A stretch of 64,000 nucleotides of DNA from Eledone cirrhosa (Eukaryota). The notes beneath the pieces are model-generated. The model did no database searches, was not told the DNA's origin, and was given only the letters and a program-made list of their open reading frames with translations. Positions within the stretch are counted from its first letter, which is position 1. The number at the start of each line of letters is the position of its first letter. The stretch lies in the NCBI GenBank assembly GCA_964016885.1, contig OZ024740.1:291400001-291464000 (forward strand), written 5' to 3'. A program made the translations under genes and the position numbers. Below are positions 1 through 11,032 of the stretch, in pieces.

Positions 1-2
1 CA

Positions 3-374
3 TACATTAACAAGAACAATAAAACGTTGATGAAAGCGATAGAAAATAACCCTTCGGTGGAAACCGAAGGGATCACTTTCACCTACGCAGCGAACAAACC
101 GCACCTAATGATGATTAGGGTCCCAACGGAAACCTATGTAACTTTAAAAAAGAACCATCCAATGCATGTGGGGACCAACTGCACCAAACCACATAACAGG
201 GTCCTATTGAGATGTTTCCCCACCCCCACACCAGACACCCACACCCCACCAAACACCCTAATCCCACCACACACTGATGTCCTCACCCCACCACAAACAA
301 CCACCCCACCAAACAACCCTTCCAACACCCCCATGGAAATTGTGCAGCCTGGTCCCCAGGAGACGAAGAGGTAA
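3..374 (+). CDS. Probable 3' end of Tx1-like ORF1 (Pro/Thr-rich tail)
   Basis: Frame is open from the window start to TAA 372-374, 42 nt upstream of the ORF2 ATG and in the same frame. No diagnostic domain visible. Confidence 0.5.
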   Translation, partial: YINKNNKTLMKAIENNPSVETEGITFTYAANKPHLMMIRVPTETYVTLKKNHPMHVGTNCTKPHNRVLLRCFPTPTPDTHTPPNTLIPPHTDVLTPPQTTTPPNNPSNTPMEIVQPGPQETKR

Positions 375-416
375 GTAATTTCCTTTCCTCTTCCTTTTTA
401 CCTCTTCAGCACCAAC

Positions 417-3400
417 ATGGCCAATATAAGAGTTGGATGTGTGAATGCACGCGGCTTGGGGATGTCCTGGAAACAGGGCAAACTCTTAAATGACCTCAGG
501 TCGCACAGAGTGGATGTAATGGTTATTTGCGAGTCCAGGATCAGCAGCGAGCGCCAACTGGCCCCCATCTTCGACGACTTTGAGATCTACGCATCTCTCT
601 GTCAGCCGAGGGGTGGGGGTTAGGTTGTCGTTCTGCTGCGAAAATACCTGGGTCTTGCCACACAGAAGGTACACCTGGACCCGGAGGGTCGACTGGTGAT
701 TTTAGACGTCGGCAGTGGTGAAGGTGGAGCTTTCAGGATGGTGGCAGCGTATGCCCCATCTGGGACACCGCGACCGGACTTCTTCCGACGCCTGGAGAAT
801 TTCCTGGGAACGTCTCGCTCCTTGCTTTTAGTGGGGGACTGGGATGGTATCCTGGATGCACGTTGGGACTATGTAGGGGCATGTCCCGATAGAGGGGGTG
901 TAACAGCCTCAAACGATTAATCGGCCGATTTGATCTGGCCGATAGATATCGACTGGATTTTTCCGACTGTGCCACGGTGGACGTGGAGTAATCGCAGCGG
1001 AACATCCAGGTCGTACCTAGAGAGGTTCCTAGTTAGAAATAAGGATAGGGACATATTAAGCTGTCCACGAATGTTCATGGTTGACTATTCGGATCACAAG
1101 TTGTTGACTGGAGTGGTCAACCTTGATAGAACTCATAGACAGGGACCCGGTTACTGGAAGCTAAACTTGTCTTTACCGACAAACAAAGCTTACAGTAAGC
1201 GGATTAGCACACTAGTTAAGCAGCGTTTGACGGGGGAAATTGTCAACAACAGGTGGTGGGGCTCTCTCAAGAGAGAAATTAGAATAGAATCGATAGGTTT
1301 TAGTCGGGAATTAGCATCAGATAGGAATAGAACTGAAAGGGAATTAACAAATAGAGTAGAAGAGGCGATTAGGAGTGGCAACGTGGCCGGCGTGCTGGCG
1401 TCAAGAACGGCCCTAGACCAGTTCTTTGATGCGAAGCACGAAGCCTGCGTTGTCAGGAGTAAAATACGTGCTCTGGGTAACGAGGGAGCCAAAGCTGTTA
1501 GCTGGGCCCGAGTGACAGAGGCAAAAAGTGGAAACAAGTCCACGATTCGGTCTTTGAAGGACCAGGATGGACGCGTGATCCTTGAACCTGAGCGGATGAG
1601 CGCGGCCTTTCAACGGCGCTTTGCACGACTGTTCGGGAGGGGCGGCGGGCCGGGTGGGATTTCGGTCCATACCTCGACGGTCTGGCGCGGCTCTCGGAGG
1701 GGGAGGCGAAGTCCTGCGAGAGGCCGATTTCAGCCGCTGAAATAGGGGAAGCGCTGAGCCAATGCGGCAAACGCAAATCTCCGGGTCTCGATGGTCTACC
1801 ATACGAACTTTATGTAGCGATGCCGGGCTTGTTCTCCGGTCTCTTCGAGGCGGTCTACTGCAACTGGCAACAGAACGGGAGAATTCCCAGTTCTGTGACC
1901 AAGGGCGTAGTCACGCTGGTGAGGAAGGACGAGAACAAGGGGGATGACATAGATAACTTCAGGCCCATAACTCTGCTAAACACAGAGTTAAAGATTTTGG
2001 CCAAGGTGTTAGCGAAGAGGTTGGCGCTTGTCGTCGGGAACCTGGTGGGAGAAGCGCAGACATGCGCAATCCCGTCCAGGTCCATACACGACAACCTCCA
2101 CCTCATGCGATACATCGTAGAGAGGGTAGGGAACGAACCCGGCTTTGGTGGGGCCCTGATCAACTTGGATCAATCTAAAGCGTTCGATATGGTTGACCAT
2201 CGGTACCTGGATGCGGTGCTCGCGGCGGCAGGCTTCGGACCCGTTTTCAGGGGCTGGATTGCTGCAATGCACAGCAGCAACACCTGCTCGAGGGTCAAGG
2301 TGAATGACTACCTCTCGGAGCCGTTCCAAATCACGCGATCCATTCGACAGGGATGCCCTCTCTCCTCCCTCCTGTATGTGCTGGCTCTCGAGCCACTACT
2401 GAGGAAGCTGGAACTGTTGCAGGGCATCCCCTTGGAACCGGGATTGCGGAAAGCGGTGTCGGCCTACGCCGATGACGTGACAGTAATGGTGTCGTGCGCC
2501 TCGGAAATCGGGCAGATCAGCACCTTACTGGAGGAATATGAAAGGTTCACAGGAGCCAAGCTGAACCGGGACAAGTCCGTCGGTTTGCAACTCGGGACGT
2601 GGAGGGGCAAAACGATGCCCTCCGACGGCATCGTCGGACGCTGGACGGAGGGACCGGTGAAGCTGCTCGGGGTCTGGTTCGGACCGGACCTCCAGGTGGA
2701 GAAAAACTGGGACGAGGTAACGGGCAAGGTGTTTGCACTCGCCCAGAAGTGGGCCGAGTGCAAACTATCCCTGAAAGGTCGAGCGGAGGTGGCGAACGCT
2801 TATATAGCGTCCGTCATCTACTACCGCTTAACCGTCGTGCCTTGCCCAGAGAAAACACTCGCCAAAATGGAGCGCGCGCTCTTCCGATTTCTTTGGAAGA
2901 AGCAGGCTCCTTTGGTGAGAAGATCCATCTGCTGTCAACACCCTTCGAAAGGAGGGCTGGGTATGCCGTGGCTGACGATGCGTAGACACGCATTAAGGCT
3001 ACGGCACCTCCAGGTATTCCTCACCGGTCAGCCGGTGTGGGCCCTGTTTGTGAGGCGAGCCTTTCCGAGACTCGTCTCACTCACCGAGCTGCAATCCTGG
3101 GTCAAGCAAAGACCGAGAAAAGTGGGCGACTGGCACATTGAATGTGCCCAGGCGCTCACGGCCCTCTGGCAAGCGGATCCGGCAATCAGTGGAGACTCAA
3201 CCTCAACATTCTATAGAGGGTTGGTGCGCAGTAAGTGCGACGACGCTCTCGGAGAGGCTCTGGGCATGGAGGAAGACGAGCTGGCCAGTCTGTTCGGTAG
3301 GACGTTTGGCCCGGGACCGATGGACAACTTCCAAAAGTCCCTGGCTTGGCAATGTTACCGAGGAGCTCTACCCGTTCGGGACAAGCTCTACAGACACGGG

Positions 3401-3847
3401 CGCCCGGGTAGGGACCCCTCGAAGAAGATCTGTCCAAGATGCGTGCGTGACGAGGAAACCGTCGCACACGCATTCGTACACTGCCCGGGCGTTGCTGACC
3501 TGTGGGGCTATGTAGAACGACTACTGTCGCGGGTGGGACCAATCCGGTTGACCACCGAGAACATTGTCACAATCAAACCGCCTCCCCCTTTCAAAAACGA
3601 AGGAGAGGCGGTTTTCCTCTGTGTGATAGCCATGGCGAAAGAAGTTGTATGGTGGACAAGGTTGAAAGGGCTGAGGTCAGACACCTATCTCTCCGGCCAA
3701 CAACTGGTCTTTTTTTTCAAGTACCACTTTAGAAGAAGGATCAGAATGGAGAGAGAGGTGCTCTACCCCAGCAAGTTTTATGAAAGATGGGTGAAAGTAG
3801 CGAGAATGGCCCGAGTGAATGGGCCTTCTCTCTATATCAGCCTGTAG
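417..3847 (+). pseudogene. Tx1-like ORF2 (APE endonuclease - reverse transcriptase - zf-RVT), disrupted
   Basis: Motifs VNARGL, ICES, AYAP, GDW(D), SDHK, GYWKLN, SPGLDGL, NFRPITLLN, LDQSKAFD, RQGCPLS, AYADD (~2462-2476), CPRC...ETVAHAFVHC. Lesions: TAG 621-623, compensating frameshifts near 895 and 960, frameshift near 1655. Confidence 0.93.
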
Positions 3848-5599
3848 GTGAGAGAGGAGAAGAATGAGAAGAGGAAGGAAGCACCCGCTCTTTGTGCTCC
3901 TGAAGAGGAGGGTTGCACATTTTTTCGGGGGTGTGTGCGACCCATGTCAACGCCCCTCCCTATTGAGGACATCGATTGTTAAATTTAATTTGTTATATGT
4001 TTTTTACATGTCTTTTTAAATGTATGTAAACTCCCCCCCTTTGTATTTGTCCCAATCTTTGATGCCCTGGTGGCAAATAAATAGAAATATATATCAATTA
4101 CCACCAAACTCTCCCCTTCTCTGTATCTATATCTATCTCTCCCATCTGTCTCCACATATGTAACTACTCCATTACCATTTTTATCGTCTGTGATCTACAT
4201 AATATGTACATAAATTGTAGTGCATTTACAAATAGATGTGTTTTGGTAGTTTGGGAAGAAAAATATAATTATTGGGGGGTAGTTATACCGCCCCTGTTTT
4301 ATGTGTTCGCCCCCACCCCTAACTTTGGAACCTAGGTATGCCCCCACAAGGTCATAGACGATACATTCTTTGCTCAATCAGGGTTAACTTGGGAACTAAA
4401 CATCAGTTCAGATGAGTTCCGCATCCCCATCACTATTAGAATTGGGTCCAATGTATATGGGATATTGTCAATGTGACAAACCCCTTGATTTCATGAGCCG
4501 TCATGGATTATTGTGTTGATTAAATGCAGGTCAATTCGATCGTTGCACCGAGTTGAACCTAATCATAGAACGGGCCTTAACCAGAGTCAATATCCCCTCG
4601 ATTCTGGAACCAGCTGGGTGATTCATCAATCCTGGATCACCCAGCTGGTTCCAGAATCAAGATGGTCTTACTCTTTACTGATGGTCTTACTCTTTACCCT
4701 TGGGTTAGGGGCTAAAGCTTCATATGAAACGATACTGTCAGTGACTTTTTCTCTTCTTACATCCTTGATACTGTGGTAAAGGTCGGGTCACTGCATTCAT
4801 AGTCGAACGCTGCAACGAACTACTGAAATCCAGTTATTAAACAGTAAATTACATATTTCAGCCTGTCAGTTGAGATATTCAGAAGAGCTGGACCGCTGAC
4901 GGCGAGGTTTTTGTCGTTGCTAGAGGTTCGCTTTATTCAGGTATTAGGTGTTGTTCGTGAGAGTGCTTGGTTATTTAAACGTTTTAGCCTCGCTATCACC
5001 AGCGGTAATGTGAGTGTCTCAAACATTTTAAGAGGCAACACCGGCAGTTCGTATTGTAATGTGTAATTTAGTACGTATGTCTTTTCCAGTTAGTCTTTTA
5101 TCCTTTCTTACTCTTTTTATTTATTTGCTCTTTTTGCAAATAATAAGCCTTATATAATTTAATACACACCATCTCCAATTGATTATGTATTAACAACAAT
5201 TAAATCCTTTTCGGTCAAATGAATCTCAGGGCTGACTTGAGGCTAAACAACTACAAAGAAAAACGTCTGCCATGATAGAAACAATTATTACACCATGGTT
5301 GGGCTGTGGGTTAGCAGAACCATGAGAGCATCCCGTGAGGAAGGAGCCCCTTGAGTAGGGTGGTTGTTGCGGCTGGTATCGATGGCCATTCTCCTTCACC
5401 ATTTTGTCTGCGGGGCACAGCCGAATCACCGCTCAGACTGGAGTATAGAGTCTATCTTTCCCTGTCTCTCGCCCTTTCTTTCATTGCTTAATTCTTTTTT
5501 TACTTTTTCTTTTTTCCCTTTATTTGTTTCATTTAAATATTCTTTAATTGTAAATATTAGGGAATAAAAAAAGCGTTATTAAAAAAAATACTTTACGGT

Positions 5600-5725
5600 A
5601 TTTAGTTACAGCTCTTTACTTTCTGAGTTTAAATCCCGCTGAGGTCAACTTATCTTTCCATTCTCCCAGGGCCAATAATATAAAGTACCAGTCAAGTACT
5701 GGTCGATTTACTGTTAGAAACCGTT
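5600..5725 (+). mobile_element. SINE family A fragment
   Basis: TTCTGAGTTTAAATCCCGCTGAGGTCAACTT...AAAGTACCAGTCAAGTACTGG matches the other family A copies. Confidence 0.6.
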
Positions 5726-5729
5726 ATTT

Positions 5730-6290
5730 CATCGGCGTTTCCTTGAGGTTCGGCCTCTGTATCTGCGAGTCACACAAATGCAGCTATGGATCTACAGTTG
5801 ACTTTTTCGGCCTCCGTCTACTATCATGCCGTTACAGCGCCAGCCGCCTCCCACGTCATGTTGCTTTCAACGAAATTGTAAAGCATGGCTTAGACGCCTC
5901 AGGTTTTCTTTCCCAGCCTGAGTCAGCAGGGCTGAAACGAAATGATGGCAAAAAGGCCAGATTACATAACGAACTTCCCGTTCTGCGTCGGTAAGCCCCT
6001 CACCTGGGATGCTACATGCAATTACACCTTCTCCAGCAGCAACCTGGCGCATTCGGTGACTAACCCAGACTTCACTGCTCGTGAAGCTGTCGAAGTATCG
6101 ATCGCTCTCTGATAGGTTTATGGTCGAACCTGTAGCAATGGAGACTTCCAGCGCTCTTGGTCCCCTGGACCACAGCCGTAGTCACTACTATCGAGGTGGC
6201 ATTGGTCACCTGCAGGAATGAACCTCGTGAATTGGAATAGCTACTCCACGTTCCCTTGCCATCCTCTAAGCAATTCTGCCTGCTGGGACT
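5730..6290 (+). mobile_element. Decayed CRE-type non-LTR element, C-terminal Zn-knuckle/restriction-like endonuclease region
   Basis: LRFGLCIC..HKC.YG..VD..G..LLSC..SA.R..RH..FNEIVK..L..SG....PE..GLKRNDGK; after a frameshift GKPLTWDATC, then VEPVAMETSSALGP. Matches CRE-like RH..N / DGKRPD / WD.TC / P.A.ET motifs. Confidence 0.7.
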
Positions 6291-7097
6291 ACGAGATAGC
6301 CTGCGCATGGGCTCCCACACACCAGAGAAGAACGCATCTCTACACTGTCCGGATCCGCTTCATTCAGTTGAACTGTTGTTGAAAGAGTAACATCTGACCT
6401 CGACAGCAACTTAGTGACCTTATTTAGGCTATTTAGTTGTGTGATAACAATACAGTCGACAAGTCATTATTTTTGTTTCAATATAAATATTATTGTTGTT
6501 ATCAACAGTCACAAAACTATTCACGATATTGTTATCTTTTGCCCTGGTAGCGATTCGTTTGTCCACCCCTTTCGCCTGCCTTTTGATGTATGTGGTCCTT
6601 GATGTGTGTATTACCTGCTTGTGTGTGTGTTTTTTCTCTTTCTTTTTTTCCTTTCCCTTTTCTAACCCCCCCCCCCCCCTTCTATTTATAATATTACGTT
6701 GATTGTTATGCCTTAATAAAATTGAATTGTGTTATGCCTTAATAAAATTGCAATTGTGGCGGGGTTCACCTGGAGTGGGTTGAGCTGGCTCCATCGAAGA
6801 AATTCACAGTGTAGTTCATTTCAATGTAGTTTCTTTGGGCGATTGGTTTCACAAGTGGTGCCCAACTGCAAGTATAAGCACTTTAGGATAGTGCAATCCA
6901 AACATTACATTCGTTATACTGCTGAACTCTCGCTTTCACACCCAACCCAATTTGGTAGAGCCAGTGCTGCGATGGGGACGCATGAGAGGGAGTTTGGAGG
7001 TGATAAACACAACATATTTAAGTCATTTTGTAGACCAGCTGGAGCTCACCCCACTGCCTAGCTCAGGTATACCGAACCTCAGCACCTTTCTTCCATG

Positions 7098-7200
7098 AGT
7101 TATTACATCTAACGATCTTATTACATTTATTAATGTTATTACATCTACCAATGTTATCACATCTGACAATGTTATTACATCTACCAATGTTATTATGTTA
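7098..7200 (+). repeat. 18-bp minisatellite (AATGTTATTACATCTACC), about 5-6 copies, next to a SINE A fragment (7195-7300)
   Basis: Direct tandem copies visible. Confidence 0.75.
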
Positions 7201-7604
7201 ACTTTGCCTTTCATCCTTAAGGGGTCGATAAAATAAAGTACCAGTAATACACTGGGATAATTGCTGGCCTTGTGCCAAAAGTAGAAACAGTTATTACATC
7301 TACCAATTCATGGAATCGTTAGTGTCAAATAAAACATCTAGCAGTATTTGTTCCAGTTATTTACGATCTGTGTTCAAATTCTGTAATGTTCAAGTTTACC
7401 TTCCATGCCCAGCAGGATGGGAGAAGGGGGACAGGATCGATAAAATAAAGTATTAGTCTAGTTGTGGAGTTAATTTGATTGATTTACCCCCCCCCCCCCC
7501 AAATGTCTCGTCCTATGCCTGTACTAGACAGTATTTCGTCTGAACAACGAGTAAAAGAAGGAGTCTCTATAGGGTCGCTTGAATGCTAGAAATACGAATC
7601 ACAT

Positions 7605-7822
7605 TTTTTCACTGCATCCTTTAAAACCTCCATGCTTCCCGAGATTCGCCAACACTACACCTAATGTTCCCCCTCCATACACATACACACATGTATATCA
7701 TGACTCATACACTATTCACTTCCCTGACATTTGTATATTATTCTATGTACTATACATGCACTTTTGACGAGTTATAGTGCACCTGAGCACTTTACACAAT
7801 AATTTCATTATTATTATTATTA
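7605..7822 (+). mobile_element. CR1-like LINE 3' end with (ATT)n tail
   Basis: ACTGCATCCTTTAAAACCTCCATGCTTCCCGAGATTC...GTGCACCTGAGCAC...(ATT)n. Same family on the - strand at 57830-58130. Confidence 0.7.
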
Positions 7823-7932
7823 AATCAAACTTAAAAAGGGAAGGAAACTGAGTAGTGTAATCCTACATATGTATACACAATGGCAAAGGCGTGGCTGAAA
7901 TATTCTTATCCTATGGTTGACCTGAGACCAAA

Positions 7933-8125
7933 TAATTGTTTCTACTTTTGGCACAAGGCCAGCAATTATCTCAGTGTATTACTGGTGCTTTATTTTATCG
8001 ACCCTGTAAGGATGAAAGACAAAGTTAACCTCGGCGGGATTTGAACTCAGACCATAAAGGGCCGTAACTCTTTGCTGTTAAGCATGGCGTCAGACCCTCT
8101 ACTGATACTGCTAATCCACTGCTAA
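7933..8125 (-). mobile_element. tRNA-derived SINE family A, near-complete
   Basis: Reverse strand has an A/B-box-like head (GAGTTCAAATCCCGCCGAGG), body TTCATCC..GGGTCGATAAAATAAAG.ACCAG and tail GTGCCAAAAGTAGAAAC. Related copies near 7310-7535, 14105-14262, 55990-56135, 57510-57820, 59750-59950 and 63690-63872. Confidence 0.8.
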
Positions 8126-8374
8126 ATAATAAAAACACAAACCCAAGAAAACTAGTCAAAAAGGTTCTTAAATTATTATTGTTGGATTCGGAATTCTAGC
8201 ATCTTAGAATACGAAGGATACATAATGAAAATGTCATCTTAGATATCATCTCTAACTAAAAAAAGTAGATGGTTTCGGTTAGAACACCATTGAACATAGG
8301 TCTGCTGGATCAAAGTTGACCTAGTGCAAAATATCACTGAAGCAAAAGCTGGAACAGTATATCGTACCTAGTCA

Positions 8375-8545
8375 CAGACCTGTCAACTCTCCCCGTCTGA
8401 CGGGGAGATCTCTCATGTCTTCTCATATGAAAATGGGTATAGCTTCATTATGTAAAATATGCCCATTTTGCCTCATTTCTCATTCGTTCGGGGACACTTT
8501 TTTCATGGTACTCCCCGTTTGGGTTTTTAGAGGTTGGCAGGTCTG
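8375..8545. mobile_element. 171-bp MITE with ~13-bp TIRs and 6-bp TSD
   Basis: CAGACCTGTCAAC ... GTTGGCAGGTCTG (1 mismatch), flanked by TAGTCA at 8369-8374 and 8546-8551. Internal palindrome TCTCCCCGTC-T-GACGGGGAGA. Confidence 0.8.
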
Positions 8546-9434
8546 TAGTCATTTCAGTGGAACTTCCACAGTTTACCCACATACCATGCCAGCACATAAT
8601 AATGACACTAGCACCCAAATAATTTTTTTTAAAAACCCATAACCGGGCTTTTGCATAAATTACACACACACAAATACACACCCTTAAATAGGGTGCGTTA
8701 TATATACAACATTCACACTACTACATGAATCTTTTCAGTTACACACATACCAACACAACTACCAGACACGTCATTATTGGTGCCTGACTGATCTTGTCAC
8801 TATGTATGACAGAGGAAAGAGGACAAGAGAAAGGTAAAGTGGATTAAGGAGGAGGTTGTGTCAGTCACTGATTAATGTTGAAGGAACGACCTAACCAGTT
8901 TGCCTTTATGTGGTCGCTCGTCTTGCTAGAAACAACAGCTAAATCACCGCCAAATCACGCCCGCTTGTCTTAAAAAAACAACAAAAATATAGGCATTATT
9001 GTAAAATATAGACCAAGGTTAAGAATGCCTAAAATTAAGAGGAGATAGACATGTTTGTAATGGTCTTAAGGAATGACCCATGGTTAATAAACAACAACGT
9101 TGTGTCAACGGAAGTGGCCAGGTTTCGGGGACAGGGCGATAAATAAAAATAAGCAATTTTTTTTTAAAACCGAATATGATTTTTTGAAAAATGGTTAGAA
9201 AAATATTTTTTCTAATTTGATTATGCATCTAGTTATAGTATTTAATTTAATTTTTATTTAACAAAGAAAGATGCAATAATATATATTTTTTGTGTAAAAG
9301 CTTTGGTGAAAATATTGAGCAGATTCCGTTCCCCGGTCGGAGTGTCTACTTCATTTGGACCGCTAATGACATTGGGTTGTTGTTTAGAAAAGATTAGCTC
9401 TAATCAAACTGACCTATGGTGAAAAACCTTCTAG

Positions 9435-9985
9435 TCGTCACCATTCTATGTATATCTACGACCATTGACCATTCTATCTGCATATCTACCACCACACTGA
9501 CCATTCTATCTGTATATTTACGACCATTGACCATTCTATATGTATATCTACGACCACTGACTATTATATCTGTACATCTACCACCTTACTGACCATTCTA
9601 TCTATATATCTATTACCACACTGACCATTTCATCTCTATATATACCACCACACTAACTATTCTATGTATATCTATGACTACTGACCACTCTATCTGTATA
9701 TCTACCATCATACTGACCATTCTATCTATATATCTGACCAATGACCATTCTCTCTGTACATCTACGACTACAGACCATTCTATGTATATATCTACCACCA
9801 CATTGACCCAATGACCAGTGACCATTCTATCTATATATCTGACCACTGACCATTCTATTTGTATATCTACCAACACTGTGATCATTATATATATATACAT
9901 ATACCACTACTGTGACCATTCTATCTATATGCTACGACCACAGTGACCACCCTATCTGTATATGTATGACCACACTGACCATGTA
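9435..9985 (+). repeat. ~32-35 bp minisatellite (TGACCATTCTATCTGTATATCTACCACCACAC) expanded inside an interspersed repeat
   Basis: About 16 degenerate tandem units. The flanks resemble a repeat family also seen near 8890-9100, 56180-56385 and 61195-61390. Confidence 0.8.
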
Positions 9986-10297
9986 TCATTTCCTTATATA
10001 AGACAGCAGTGACTTAATTCAGCAGCTATTTCCACCAAGTCAAGTAGCTATGTAAAGGTTCCCATTGGATAAAGTAGAAATGTTACAAATGAATATTTAT
10101 CACAAAATGTTCACGATAAAAAAATTTTGGGGAGGAACTTTTCATTATATTCTTTTAAATATATGACTAAATTATATTTATGGCATTTTCAATTTTATTA
10201 TATTCATTAATGTTAAATAATTGTGTTAAGAGAAACAATTAATTATAATGGAAGAATTGTCTTTGTTAAATTTATTTCTCCGTTACTTATCCACGTA

Positions 10298-10322
10298 CAC
10301 TTCCGGTTGAGTAATCGGAAGT
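10298..10322. promoter_or_regulatory. Inverted pair of ETS-type sites, candidate promoter
   Basis: CACTTCCGGT (10298-10307) and CGGAAGT (10316-10322) in non-repeat, CpG-retaining DNA, followed by T-rich intron-like + strand sequence. A further ACGGAAGTGG at 9108-9117. Confidence 0.4.
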
Positions 10323-11001
10323 AGTTTTATTTGTCCTGACGCCCACTAGCATTGCATTATGGGGCCTTGCCTTAAACCGGGGGGCAACGATGAATACTTT
10401 AGTAGTTCAGATTGTTTAACTCGGACATTTCAGGAGAGAACCTCATTTGAAACTCTCAACTGGGATAGGCTGCTTTGATTTCCTGCTTATATACACTTAA
10501 TATTGGATCCACAGACATTATTATTAAACTGTAATTCTGACTGTCGTTGTTGAGCGAAAACAGATGTAGCTGAAGAATATCTTGGCATAATTGTTAACAA
10601 CAACAGTTTGTCAATTCACTGACAATGATTTCAAACACTACCAGATTTTGACAATTTATACTTGGAGCTACGTTTATTTAACTACTCATTTACCAGTTTC
10701 TCTTCTCTGTCTTTATTATTATTATTATTTCTACTACTAAGCCTGGTCATTGAATTAACAACAGACTGGTGACAAGTCAGAGACAGTTGACACTAAATAT
10801 TGTTGTGTTAGCAACAACTTGTTTAGTTAGGGTGGACAGGAATCGGGCAAGTACTTACTATTTAAGAAAACTTCATAATTAATTTTAGATTATTAATTTA
10901 AATATAACAATGTCGTCCTTTTAGCTACCTTTTCTATTTTTTTCTATCACCTCTGATTATATATGTATGTATGTATATATATATTATTCACTAATATACA
11001 G

Positions 11002-11032
11002 AGCTCTGTTGAAACTACGGAACAAATGAGCG
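11002..11032 (+). other. Candidate 31-nt 5' exon
   Basis: CTAATATACAG|AGCTCTG...ATGAGCG|GTATGT: branch-like CTAAT, CAG acceptor and GTATGT donor in unique sequence. No protein homology to support it. Confidence 0.3.

Larger units (their letters stand above)
1..4088 (+). mobile_element. L1/Tx1-clade non-LTR retrotransposon (5' end outside window), inactivated copy
   Basis: Putative ORF1 tail, then ORF2 with APE endonuclease, RT and C-terminal Zn finger. The 3' UTR ends AAATAAATAGAAA near 4075-4088. The 3' ~590 bp recur at 19644-20230. Confidence 0.92.

Noticed and set aside
733-3732. Overlapping antisense and alternate-frame ORFs in the Tx1 element
   Set aside because: Shadows of a GC-rich coding sequence with no motifs of their own.
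4200-5580. LTR-like or LINE 3' remnants and short ORFs
   Set aside because: No paired LTR, primer-binding site or recognisable protein motif found.
6760-7075. MITE suggested by imperfect inverted repeats AGTGGGTTGAGCT / AGCTCACCCCACT
   Set aside because: No clear termini or TSD.
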